Origin: Azolla caroliniana | Lineage: Eukaryota; Plantae; Polypodiophyta | Direction: 5' to 3' | Assembly: GCA_043228905.1 (NCBI GenBank) | Contig: JBHGNT010000005.1 | Coordinates: 1,984,001-2,048,000 of the forward strand | DNA length: 64,000 nt | Part shown: positions 33,876 to 45,750 of the stretch, in pieces | Position numbering within the stretch: the stretch's first letter is position 1 | Layout of the letters: the number at the start of each line of letters is the position of its first letter | Translations under genes and position numbers: made by a program | The notes under the pieces: model-generated | Databases searched by the model: none | Told to the model about the DNA's origin: nothing | What the model saw: the letters and a program-made list of their open reading frames with translations, nothing else

Positions 33876-35996
33876 TTAGGAGATAACAACATTAGGGTGC
33901 AGTGATTTAGAGAGGTTTGCAAATGCTCTGTTGCTGCTGTAATAACCCTTTGAAGAGATGCCCAAGCAACCGAGCAATCCATGCCTGTAAGGAAGCAACG
34001 TCTTCTTCCTCAGCTCCTCTGTCTGAGCCCTCTGCATCCTGTAATGAAGAGCATAATCACTAGAAGAGCTCCTCATGCTATTCCTCACCTGCTCCCCTGT
34101 TCCTCCCCTGTTCCTTGAAGATGGAGATAAAGAAGGCCCTTTAGTGTTAGTGTTAGTGTTAGGGTTGGGGTTGGGGTTGGGGTTGGGGCTAGGGTTAGGA
34201 TTAGGGTTAGTTTTAGATTTAGATTTAGGATTAGGCTTAGGGTTACAGTTAGGGCTAGGGTTAGGGTTAGATCTCCCTTTTGAAGCTCTTTCCAATTCCA
34301 TAGCTGCCATCACATCATTACTATAAGAGGCTGTACTACTACAAGAGTATTCTCCGATGGAGCTTGAGCTGGAACTTGACCTTAGACTTGATGTGGAGTT
34401 ATAAGTAGATCTGATCATACTGGCAGTATTGCAAAGGTTTGCTTTCTTCTGATTGGTAAGAAGCCCTCTGAAGCTCCATCTCCTTGAGCTTCCCTTGGCC
34501 AAAGCACAACTACTGTCACTTCTGCTGATTTCCTTGGGATTTGGGTGCCTGCCAGAGCTCATACTATGGCCACTCTTCATCTCATGCTCCTTGAGGGAGC
34601 CATTGGAGCTTGAATTGGACTTTGAAGATGGTTCATCCCAATGGAAGATCCTCAGAGGGGAATGAGAATGAGAACATGTCCTTCTGTGGCTAGTGCCAAG
34701 GCTAAGGCTACAATTTGTGGTGGCATTAGTGGTGGAGCTTGTTCTATGGTGGCCCTTCTCGACTTCAAGGGCCGCGAGGAAGGGATCAAACCCTACCCCG
34801 GCCTCGCCAGAGTCTTTACTCTGCCGCCTACCCACGAGAAGGGCCCGGCGAACCCTAGACTTGAGGGGGGTTCGGGGCGATTGGGGCGCAGAAACGGATA
34901 CCGATGAAGGCGATAGGCTCGACATAACATTACAATGGTTGTTGCGTGATGATGCTTTGCCTTCTATCACATTCTTACTGCCCATGCCCATATAGTTATT
35001 CATGCATTTCTCATCCTCTTGGATGAGGTGTCGGATGGGTATTTCTAACCGCGGTGGTGGCCGAAGTGGCCAATCATATGGGCCATGTCCTGCCCTCGAT
35101 GAACTAGTCGAGTTTGTCCTCGGCGAATTGATGGTGCTATAATAATCACTAGGGGCAGGGGCATGGTATGGATGATTATATGCATACATATAATTAGTAG
35201 GATCACTATGAGATGATGCACTGTATTGAGGAGGATCCTGAGGGATATGATTGGTGGTGTAATTGAGGATTGGAGGATTGGAGGAGGCATTATTATTAGC
35301 ATAGTCACTATAATTATATCCATAGCTAATGGTGGTATCACAAGGAGGCCATGCCTTGAAAGAGGAGGAGATGGGTGTGGGTGACATAGGGGGTTCCAAT
35401 TCCACCTCCGAGAATCTCGAGCTAAACTCGAACTCGGAGCTACCCGAGAGGAAAATCGAGCTCGAATCCTCGTCGTTAGGGCGGGGATTAGTGAGCTCCT
35501 CCCTTGATCTTGCCTTGGGTGTCCCAGCCTTCTCCTCCCATGAGAAAGGTATAGCATTTGCATAGAAGCTTCTTCTACTATAACAAGCATCATCTTCCTC
35601 CTCTTGCTCCACATCTTCTCCTAGGACCTTGTGGTTTTTGTGTGCAATTATGGTGTGGGCCTCTTCTAGTGTAGGAGGATGATTCTTCTTCTTATGCTTG
35701 TTCTTCTTCTTCTTATCTTCCATTACTTGATGATCATCATGATCATGATCATGATTATGATTATGATCATAATCATGTTGTTGTTGATAGAGTGTTCTTC
35801 GAGCCCAATTTGGGCTTGTGGGTGCACTAAAATAAAAACCTTTCATCCTACTTGGGCTAGATGGGGCACTTGCAAAGGGTGTGGAATTGGAGCTAGAGAT
35901 GAGCTCACTACCACTACAATAGAGGAGTGGATCATAGTGTGGAGGAGGGTATTGATGAGGATTTGGGAAAGAGAAGGTGAGTGTGTGATCTTGCAT
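33876..35996 (-). CDS. AR781-like / DUF1645-family disordered plant protein, single exon
   Basis: Motifs occur in family order: PFASAPSSP, FYFSAPTSP, IPFSWEEKAGTPK, EFEFS, LRPPPRL, FDPFLAAL, SPLR, RRWSFR, HYRMQRAQTEELRKKTLLPYRHGLLGCLG. The likely start is the second Met (35996); the upstream ATG at 36068 reads through a (TG)n tract. Confidence 0.85.
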   Translation of the reverse strand: MQDHTLTFSFPNPHQYPPPHYDPLLYCSGSELISSSNSTPFASAPSSPSRMKGFYFSAPTSPNWARRTLYQQQHDYDHNHNHDHDHDDHQVMEDKKKKNKHKKKNHPPTLEEAHTIIAHKNHKVLGEDVEQEEEDDACYSRRSFYANAIPFSWEEKAGTPKARSREELTNPRPNDEDSSSIFLSGSSEFEFSSRFSEVELEPPMSPTPISSSFKAWPPCDTTISYGYNYSDYANNNASSNPPILNYTTNHIPQDPPQYSASSHSDPTNYMYAYNHPYHAPAPSDYYSTINSPRTNSTSSSRAGHGPYDWPLRPPPRLEIPIRHLIQEDEKCMNNYMGMGSKNVIEGKASSRNNHCNVMSSLSPSSVSVSAPQSPRTPLKSRVRRALLVGRRQSKDSGEAGVGFDPFLAALEVEKGHHRTSSTTNATTNCSLSLGTSHRRTCSHSHSPLRIFHWDEPSSKSNSSSNGSLKEHEMKSGHSMSSGRHPNPKEISRSDSSCALAKGSSRRWSFRGLLTNQKKANLCNTASMIRSTYNSTSSLRSSSSSSSIGEYSCSSTASYSNDVMAAMELERASKGRSNPNPSPNCNPKPNPKSKSKTNPNPNPSPNPNPNPNPNTNTNTKGPSLSPSSRNRGGTGEQVRNSMRSSSSDYALHYRMQRAQTEELRKKTLLPYRHGLLGCLGISSKGYYSSNRAFANLSKSLHPNVVIS

Positions 35997-37565
35997 TGTT
36001 TCCACACACACACACACACACACCACTGTAGTTCCAAGAAAAGAGAGAAAGAATGGAAGAAGATGCAAGCAAGCAAGCTATGGTGTCTCTCCCTATCCCT
36101 CCTTTCTCAATGCCATGATTGATTGACATCTATATGTATATCAAACGAAGGAAAAGGGCTCCAAAAAAGCAAAAGCAAAAGTTTTGCTTCTAAAACATGG
36201 CTCCTCCATTGGTAGACTATTGCTTCTTCTTCTTTTTTCTATATCTTAAATCATGCACACATGGAGCAATATTGCTCATATATATATATATATATGAACC
36301 CTCCCCCCATGAAAATTGCACATGGGGAGAAGAAAAGATATTGCTAGTTTTATATCGGTTAAAGAAGGTATGAAGAAGGAGAGAGTTCTTATGCACACAC
36401 ACACACACAACATAGAAGCTCAAAAACACACACTTTTTATTTATTAATACTTAGTTTGTTGTGTATACCACACACTTGGTTCTCCCTCCTCTCCCCTAGG
36501 AAAAACAATATAAAAAAAACTAGCATTTTGTCGATAAATTTGTTTAACATGAGCATCAACAAAAAATGAATAATGGAATCGAAGTATAGATAAGTAAATC
36601 AATGTCGCGTTGTATGACATACACATACATATTCTCTCAGTCGATGAAGTTTCTTGTTGCATTCGAGCTTCACTTGTGTGTGTGTTTTTTGTCAACTGGC
36701 AACTTGTCTTTTTAGGTTCCTAACTTCCTCCAATGGAAGTACGCACATCTATCAACACAACCATCCTCCTCTCCTTAAAAAAACCCTCTTTTGTCAGATG
36801 AATTGGCAGTTTGCTAAAGTTGGCAATAAAGCTACTTATAGTTGTTAATTCCAAATATAAGGCTTGATTCGAACTATACCGATGGAGGAAGTGTAAACAA
36901 TTGCTAGTACAATCATCAAATGCTTCATATTGCCAAAGGGGACATTCACACCATAATGTATGTAAATAAATAAAAAACTACCGCGAAACCCCTATTATTT
37001 TGTGTTGAGAGAGTACCCTAGGATAAAATAAACTTTCTAGGTAGCAACTATGTCGGTTTATATCTCATTATTTTACTTATGTAGGGAGAGAGACGTTTCA
37101 TATTGTTGGACAAGTTTACAATCACCATCTAAAAAAGTATAGTGTATCTTAGTTATATTGAAAGTCACGCGTACCATGATGAACCTAAAAATGCAATGTG
37201 CAGATATGGTAAACCACAAAGAGACACTGGAATTTGTGTGTTTGTGTGTATTATATATCATAATAGGTATGTATATATGCTTCATAAAGTAAGCATCATA
37301 GATCATTTTGTTGCTTGGAGCTTTAAAATACTCATGGAGTTGGTATTGTGTGCCATTGTAGACTAGTAATCTTGAAACCCTTGGATTTTTAAGCACAAGG
37401 TTATCAAAATTGTTAGTGTAGTGTACTTGGTCTACATACCCAAGAAAGGCTAACGACTCATTGTGGCCTACATGTTTGCCTCTTGTCCAAATAATGTCAT
37501 AATGACAATTCAACTTCGTACACGCTCATGTGTATTGATGTGTGTGTGGGCGCGCTAATGTAATA

Positions 37566-37566
37566 C

Positions 37567-37599
<33 letters not shown>

Positions 37600-37626
37600 A
37601 TATATATTATATATATATATATATAA
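37566..37626. repeat. (AT)n microsatellite
   Basis: Interrupted AT run of about 60 nt. Confidence 0.9.
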
Positions 37627-40600
37627 TGTCATCTTTATATGTGTTGGGGAATGATAAACCTCAATATATGACAAAATGCACTTTGAATTTCATGAATGGA
37701 TTACCAATTTATAAGACCATATATATTTTGTATTTGCTTTAATATATATACTTGGTCAAGTCCATTGAATTGAGATGCATGCACATACGTACACGCAATA
37801 TTTCTAATCTTAACACATTTTGAATGTGTTCATCCCTATGCACAAATAAATTTACAGAATACTTACAAGCATTACATACATATAAGCTGAATATTCGTAT
37901 GAGTATCATGAGGGGATAGGTGTAGTACCTATATAAACAATGACTTGCTCATCTATTGCCTAGAAAAAAGGGTTTTGTTAGGTTACTACATTTAAATCAT
38001 ATATGCAATTAGAATGCACACCACCGTCTCATTTTTAATTCGCAGTAAAATTGATTCGTGTACATGGAAATGAACCTATAGATATAGCTTTGAAATTACA
38101 TTACATGAATAGGAGCCATATGATTGTAACTAGAATTGTCTTTTGAAACTCTATACAATCATTGAAAACATCATTCATTGGTCAAGTAAAATCTAGCAAG
38201 TTAGAACCAGTGTTCCTTTATATTGTCAAATTTCATTGCCATTCAATCATAAAATAGGAAATTATGTGAAAATACCCCAAATGTTTGTTAGAAATGTATG
38301 CATTGTTATTTGCCTGTGTTCCTTCCCAAATCTTTCTAGTTTTGAAGCTCAAAGATGTGAACCAAAAAAAATAGTAAACTAGTAGGCTCATGTGCAAGAC
38401 ATTCATTAAGGAAAGAACTCACTATATATTAACCATCTTTATGAGGTTCATGTGGAAACATCCAGTGAAGAAAGAGCTTTTGTATGGATCAATTACATTG
38501 CTTAGCAACTTTCAAATATTATCGATTATGTATAAAAAAAAGTATTAAAAAAGTCTTACTCTCTATTCATTCTAGGTGCAACTATCAAAGTATCAAAATT
38601 TTGAAGAAGGCAATTTACATGCAAAGCATAATGTGATGCACCGCCTTTTTTTACATAGGCCTCTCGAAAGTAGCACGCATAATAATATTTTTGAGAAGCT
38701 TGGACAGAAAAGTTTCTCGATGGTAAAATGTTTTTGCTTTTCGTATTAACATTGCATGATATTTAAAGCTCTTTGTCGACACTCATAAACTTATCGTCAT
38801 CCACTAAGGCAACTCATTCATTTGCTAAGGAAAAAAAATGTTGCACATGAACTTGCAACTCTTTAACAACATAAAGTTGGTTGTTACTTAGTTAGGGCTC
38901 TAGTTTAGACAATGGCCTCATGTACATGTGTGTAAAAGTTGTTTCAACACGCATTGTTAGTTTCTTTATAGACATCTCCTCTACTAAAGAAACCCAAATT
39001 GATGATATATCTATGTATTTTGTTAGAAGAAATATTAATGCACCATTTTGCTATAGCATGTTATTATATATAATATTTTGAGGGATCAAAAGAGACATGT
39101 AAACACTAACAATACAATAATATTAAGAAGGCATCTCAAATCTTACACCATTACTTATGTAGGGTAAGATCAATGAACATTGTTGCACATTAGAACTTCT
39201 AAATATAATGGCGGTAGGAAATTCTAAAAGGTAAATACATTAAGATTGCTTTACTATCCATTAGTAAGTAATACATACATATTAGTGACATTTCAAAATC
39301 TAAATTCATACGTATGACCAAACTGTGATTATTCACAAAGACCGTTTGCTCACAAAACATAGCTTGAACCATACAAGCATAAATGAAGTAAAATGGAGAA
39401 TTGACTCACTTCCCATCCACAGAGCCATATGAGATCATCCTCACTCCTAGGAGTGGTAACAAGTAAGCTAATCTTAGCTAAGATAATCTCCATCACTTCA
39501 AAAACTTCCAAATGGGCGTCAATAGAGACATTCAACGTGTGAATGGACTCTTAATGGGAGGGAAGTTAGGTAATAAATAGGACCCTAAGATCTCATTCTC
39601 ACTTTCTAGTATCACCATTATTGGATACTAGCTCTATGATGTATACAATGCTCTCACACTTGATAGGTGAAGATCAACATGTAGGATGTTGATCATCATA
39701 TCTAATGTCAGTTCACTTGTTCACAGCTCCCAAGATCGAGTTTGTCCATATTCGCTCGAAATTAATCAAAATTCTGCTTTTCCTTTGTATGTACATGCAT
39801 GGTTTGTGTTACATATTGTTCTCAAGTTGTGGAATCCTAGAGAAACATATTTTATTATTATTCTGAATAGCTTTAGCTTGCTATTCAAAACGAAAGCAAA
39901 GTTAGAAGTGGATATTTGTTGTGCAAAACAAAATCCTCTCTTTTTAGGTAAGGTAGAATTCTCCTGAATTAAACTCATTAATAGGATAAAAAGATTGTGT
40001 AAATTGATTCTAACAATAAGATAGTTTTAACAATTCATTATTCTGATCTTGTATCAACCTATTCTAAAAAATGAATGTGCCCAAGTTGGAAATCGTCTAG
40101 GTCATCTATAAACGGAGATTTAAGTGTTAATTTTTTAAGAAATATTTTAATTGAGTACACAATTGGAGACCATCCCTATTTTGTGGATGAAAAATACAAT
40201 TGTTATGTTAAGGTTTTGTAATAGATAAATATTTTAGTTTTTAGACTAAAAAAGGTCACACAAGCGACACCGACGAGGAGGCGCTACAAGCTTTGACATT
40301 ATCATCTAATTATTCAAAATTTCAATACCATGTTTATTGTATTGATCACCATCTATTTATATTCAATGCCCACGTTTATTGTATTGACCTTATAATCAAA
40401 ATGTAATTGGTAATCATTGTTTATATATAAGTGTAGATTATTAGCTTGTGCAATGTATGCAGCGGAGCGGGCGCACACTTGTGTGCACAAACACATATAC
40501 CCTCAATATTTGTTATACCGAATAGCCATGTGTGTCACTCACACACATGGAAAATGGTTTGCCATGACATAATGAATTTTGTCACACTTCTTTATTTGTT

Positions 40601-41184
40601 TCTTCACAAACATAATGAAAATATTTCTGCAATTTTTCATTGCAAAACAATTAGCCCCATATACAATGTTATAAATGCTCTATTCGTATGGTAGGCCATA
40701 AAAAAACACTAGATGCTAAAGAGACAAAAACTCTTAGAATTAAGAACATGTCTAATCGAATTGGTAGTTGGCTTTCTCAACAGATGAGAAAATCTCCATG
40801 TCAATGGGGGAGCATGAAGAGTAAAGTGACGATCATTATACAACAGTCCTCATCTTCATATACACAATCTTAAGAACCATACAAAAAAAGGCACAAGAAG
40901 CCCAATTAGGGGATGCAAACCCCAATCCACCACTTTTTTAGCATTTGCATCTTGTTTTCTATAACTTGGTTAAAGCCATTGGAACTCAATCCAATTGATC
41001 TATGGATCCATGTAGTCATGAGTCAAACCATAATCTGTAAATATAGAAATATCAAGAAAGCATTAAATCTATATGTTCTATTTTCTCACAACGAGAAAGT
41101 AAACATTGTATCAGAGTTAAAACCTAAAGTATTTTCCTTTGAAATTTTGAAAGAAGTCATTTAGACATTACTTTGTATTGCGTT

Positions 41185-41607
41185 TGTAAAGAATCGAGAG
41201 TGATTCTATGCAACGGAATAGATTAGAGATGTGTGTGAAAGAGGAGAGACACAAGATAGATAGGAAAATAGAATACTCAAGATGTATATTGACAAGGAGT
41301 AGAGAATAGCAAGTACAAGGATAATAGCATTACATGGAAGATTAACCCACACTTACAAAGTAGAAGGAGGGTGCTTTATATAAGGTACCATCTCACTAAA
41401 CAACTCACTCACTCTCTAACAACTATAGAAGCTCATATGTGATGGGGAATGTGGAAACTCATGAGTTATGTGTTATAGAATATGATTCTATGACACATAG
41501 TTAATGTTAGAAAGTAGTGGAGACCTTTGACCTTTGAGACTGTGTTCATACATTCTCAAGAAAGGTGTGTTCACAGACTAGACTTAGGTTGACTTTGATT
41601 CTCAACG
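41185..41607 (-). mobile_element. Solo LTR of the same copia family as the LTR at 56116-56581
   Basis: Ends TGTAAAGAATC...GATTCTCAAC(G) are the reverse complement of the 56116 LTR ends. 5-bp TSD GCGTT at 41180-41184 and 41608-41612. Shared internal blocks GGAGGGTGCTTTAT and ATAGAATATGATTCTATGAC. Confidence 0.9.
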
Positions 41608-42439
41608 GCGTTCATATCAAAATGTCATACATAGGTGGAGGATAAGAGTGCATGTATATTTTGAGATTGTGCTAGTGAAATTCATACAAAGAGATAATGC
41701 ACAATATTAGTAAGTGTGATTAAAATTTAATAGTCAAAGAACTATTGGTTTCCCATAGATAAATATCATCAACAAGTCTTATGTTTAAGTTAGTCATCAT
41801 CAAATGAGAAGCCAATAGGGTTTCACTTGAGCTTAGATTGATAGATTTTAATACCATCCTCAGGTCAAACATGGCCTATTGAACCAAAGGGAAACATTTT
41901 GAAGCAATAACATTGCAATCAAAAGTGCACGATGTGTGAGATAAACATTTGCAAATATGGGTTTTGGGTTGAAAATGTGAGAAATCAAACTTGAATCAGA
42001 TCAAAAGTGGAGCATTGTACTGTTACCTGTAGTGTAATACCCAAATTCACTAACTTATTTGGGAAAAAAACTTGTCACAAGTGTTGGAATACCTTGCCTC
42101 ACATCAAAGAGATGTGAGCTGAGTCGTATGAAAGCAATGGTTGTTCCTAGTAGCATTAGTGCCATCCCTTTAATGATTGGATGAATGTTTACTATATAGC
42201 TACATGAATAGATGACGTCGTTTTTTCTTTTTCATGTTCCATATATTTTTTAAAGAATGAATAACGCTTGCAATGAAGGTAACAATTATTATGCATAGTA
42301 TCTTGGCAACTCGCAAGGTTGTTATGCTAGGCTAAGGAAGGGACCTACGGCAAGACTAGGTAAGGTAGGACAAGAATATAAAGAAATGACATTAACAATA
42401 ATAATAGATGTGGATACGTTAAACCCCTAACCCCTCAAC

Positions 42440-43330
42440 GACATTTTCTACAAGCTCATTAATAATCACATGACACACGAGAACCTTCTACTACCATAAA
42501 TTCTCGTAATGTTCCACAACCTCTTACTACCATCCATAACATTCCACAACTTTCCATAAAGTTCTACTAGATTCCACAAAGTGTGTGGTTTGTGAGATCG
42601 TCACCCCTCATGAATTATACCTTCTAGGTGGAGTGAGAGTGTCATGGTAGTGAAATTAGAGCTCATTGACCAAGTCTTGAGCATGGTGAGATTCTTTACT
42701 AGTTCCCACGTGCAATGAAATAATGTATTGGAGTTCTTATTAGTATCTCCTAAAGGCAAGGATCACATTGACTTCAAATTCCTTGTTTCTTTCGATGGCC
42801 AATAATGGTTATTGATCCTATTAGTTATTGTGGGTTCACCCTAGGGTTCTCGTAGGGATGTACATGGTTCTTGTAGGGATGCAATAGTGTGTAGGTAGGT
42901 TGAGATGAAAGGATAAAGGGTTAAGCTTGTATGTGATGGCGAACAAACTAATGCATTTGAAGTCAAGTTTCGTGCAAAGTCATGTAATCTCTATATGTCT
43001 TCAAAGGAGCCACACCTTGTCACCTATTTCATAGTTATCTTCTTGGAGTTGGTAACATAGGCTACCTTGCACCTTGCAAATTCCTTGGGCTTTCTAGAAG
43101 GATGAATGTTATTATTATTTCCATCTAGCAAAATGAACTTATGGGTTAAAATTTTTGCTTGTTGCCAATGTAATAGTCTCAGTATTGCTCCAAAAATTGG
43201 TTCTCCATTCAATTTGGTCATCATTGAGTGGGAAAAAGGTTGTGGAAACCTCAAGCTTTGCACTCAAGATCTCGAGAAAATGTTTCAAGAAATGAAAGGT
43301 AAGTAGGGGTATTGGGTTAGAGGTTACATA
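42440..43330 (+). mobile_element. Old, internally deleted Ty3/gypsy-like remnant
   Basis: LTR-end/PBS-like GAGAGTGTCA-TGGTA...AGAGC near 42640. LSIAPKIGSPFNLV at ~43178-43220 resembles the integrase C-terminal KLAP...GPF motif. Boundaries are uncertain. Confidence 0.35.
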
Positions 43331-43342
43331 ATCAAGTACATT

Positions 43343-43550
43343 GTGAAACAATTATCAATCTATAAATAACCTCTAATATCTTCTCTACTCATGTTTCCCT
43401 ACTTGTTTAAGAACCTTATCATGTATTTTCTCCTCTTTTAGGTATGTCGTGAAACAACTATGAATCTATAAATAGCCTCTAATGTCATCTCTACTCATGT
43501 TTCCCTACTTGTGTTAAGGACCTTATTATGCATTTATCCTCTTTGATGTA
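43343..43550. repeat. ~106-bp tandem duplication
   Basis: GTGAAACAA.TAT.AATCTATAAATA.CCTCTAAT...TCTCTACTCATGTTTCCCTACTTGT occurs twice. Confidence 0.9.
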
Positions 43551-43654
43551 TATGCTTTCTCAATCTTGTTCAAGTGTTCACTCACCTTGCAACAAGAATA
43601 TTTACATTCTTTCATTTCCTCCTCAAGTAATGCTAATCTTATTGTTGTATCTCA

Positions 43655-43800
43655 AACAACTTTTTTCAAAACAAAATATCCTTTCCATTAGTTATATAAA
43701 AAGGTCATAACGGCTACAACATACAAAGTATTTTTCCCCCAAGCCCGTCTTGTGTAAGACAATGTTTGAGGAAACAAATCTATGTACTCCAAAGTAGAGA
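43655..43800 (-). mobile_element. Short LINE 3'-end fragment
   Basis: Minus strand ATACTTTGTATGTTGTAGC...TAACTAATGGAAAGGATATTTTGTTTTGAAAAAA matches the fragment at 31005-31235. Confidence 0.6.
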
Positions 43801-43949
43801 AAACTGTCCACTATATGCAAGCTATTCCATAGACACATTGCAAGGTATCCATATCCATAGACAACAACAAAAGTAACTATATTTGGAAACAAGCCCTTGC
43901 ATGTCATAGTTATGAACCGTTTCAATTCAACCTACTCCTGTTCAACATA

Positions 43950-44450
43950 ATCCTTATCCAAAACATAAATTCTACTTCATTAAGTCCACATCAACCATCT
44001 CGCTGACTACCACCAAAATCCTGTACATACAACAATACAATGAGTCTTGTTTCCTCATCTCCTCGTGAGAATATGCTTCACCCTCGTCACTCATCCTTAT
44101 CCAAAAAAATACATTTTGCTTCATCAAGTCCACATCAAACATCTCGCCGATTACAACCAAAATCCTGTATATACAAACAACTAAATGAGTTTAGTCTTCT
44201 CAAGGGACTATGCTTTAGCCCCCACACCACCATCACTCATCCTTATCAAAAACATGATTTGTGCTTCATTAATCCACATCAACCATCTCACTCTTGCTGA
44301 TTTATCACCAAAATCGTGTACTTACAAAAACAAAATGACACTACTCTCCTCTTCTCCTCATTAAATTATGTTACAACCCTCAACACCATCATCATTCATC
44401 CTTATCCAAAATTTGAAGATGCATCATTTTTCGCATCCACCATCTCACCC
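43950..44450. repeat. Diverged tandem repeat of ~145-160-bp units, ~3.5 copies
   Basis: TCCTTATC(C)AAAA recurs at ~43951, 44094, 44240 and 44399. The first three are each followed by CTTCAT..A.TCCACATCAA.CATCTC...CCAAAATC.TGTA. Confidence 0.85.
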
Positions 44451-44539
44451 CTGTCACTCCACAGGACTGCCCCTATCACATCTACCTCTTTTATGTCCTT
44501 CTTGTCAACTTGTAAGTTAAAAAGGAAAGAAGAAACTAT

Positions 44540-45750
44540 ATACCTCACAACTATCTTTGAAATAAGAAAGGACTAGGAGGAGGGAATAGCCAACGTGGTG
44601 GAGCATAATTCCAACGATCTTCATGTGACTCATCCAACTAGAGAGGTATTGGCCACCATATTTTACGAAAATTTCACCTTTTCTTATGCACCTTTTCCGA
44701 TGTTCCCTTAATACTATCATACTCTCCCTTAACTGTGTGCACCAAGTTGTCCCAGAACATCTTAATCATATCCACCACATTGTACTTGATGCTTTCATAT
44801 TTCTTGCTGCAACGATACTTCCACCACACCCATTAAGCATTAACTGAAACAATATTCCAAACAAAAGAATTTCTAAAAGTTTTACCACAAAGAATGTTAG
44901 AAAGAATTGCTTCAGTTGTACTCTCCAACACACTTAATGCTTCCGTGCATTGATCCGCCTCATACAAAGATACTTGCACATCCAAAGACTCCCACAAAAC
45001 AACCCCCCTATGTAAAAATTGCTCCCTTATATTTACAAGAAAACATCCCCAAGATTCACCCCCAATACTTTCGAGCTACACTACAAGTCCAAAACAAATG
45101 TTTCAAAGTTTCCTCCTGTACTTGGCAACACACACAACGGCAATCATCGACTTGTCCTTTTAAATGAAAACCTACAGGTAAAGCATACTGAAGCATTAAC
45201 CACTTAAAAGAAATTGCTCTCCGCGTACATGGTAGAGCCCATAAACTTTTCCAATAAGCTGCAATATATTGATGCGTTATAGCACCTGACTCCCAATCTT
45301 TTGTGCAGCAGGATTCACACAATGACGTTGCATCAAAAATGTCTCCCATATGCCATGCGGTATTGGAAAAAGGGAAGAATCCATCTCTCTTGTTCATTTG
45401 TCGAGGAACGGCCAAACAACTACCATGCATAATCAACTAGGTCCCAATTAAGATGTGCCATCGGCTTACTTTGGAATACCCATAATTGTATTGCATGGTC
45501 CGCCAAAGAAGGGCTCGGATCTAAGAAAATCTTCTTGTCTAACTGAGCAATAACCCTAATGGGTTTTTTGGACGCTAACTGCATAACTTCAGCTTCTTCA
45601 TCCACTAAATGTAAAAGACCATCATCGCCAACCTCAAATCTCAAACAACTTTTTGAGTGCCTTGTTCTCAAGATCGATGAATTTTAATTCATCATTCCCC
45701 ATTGTGATCTCCCAAAATGCTTCGTTTTGCATTTGATGGTGTCTTGAAAA
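44540..45750 (-). mobile_element. Decayed LINE ORF2 C-terminal part (zf-RVT region)
   Basis: YWKSLWALPCTRRAISFKWLMLQYALPVG...CRCVCCQVQEETLKHLFWTCSVARKYW is a zf-RVT motif. The frame ends in WNYAPPRWLFPPP near 44575-44612. Confidence 0.85.

Noticed and set aside
34075-35565. Plus-strand ORFs, including the (GL)n ORF 34075-34326, and the short antisense ORFs inside the PPR genes
   Set aside because: These are shadows of the real CDS on the opposite strand or of its low-complexity repeats.
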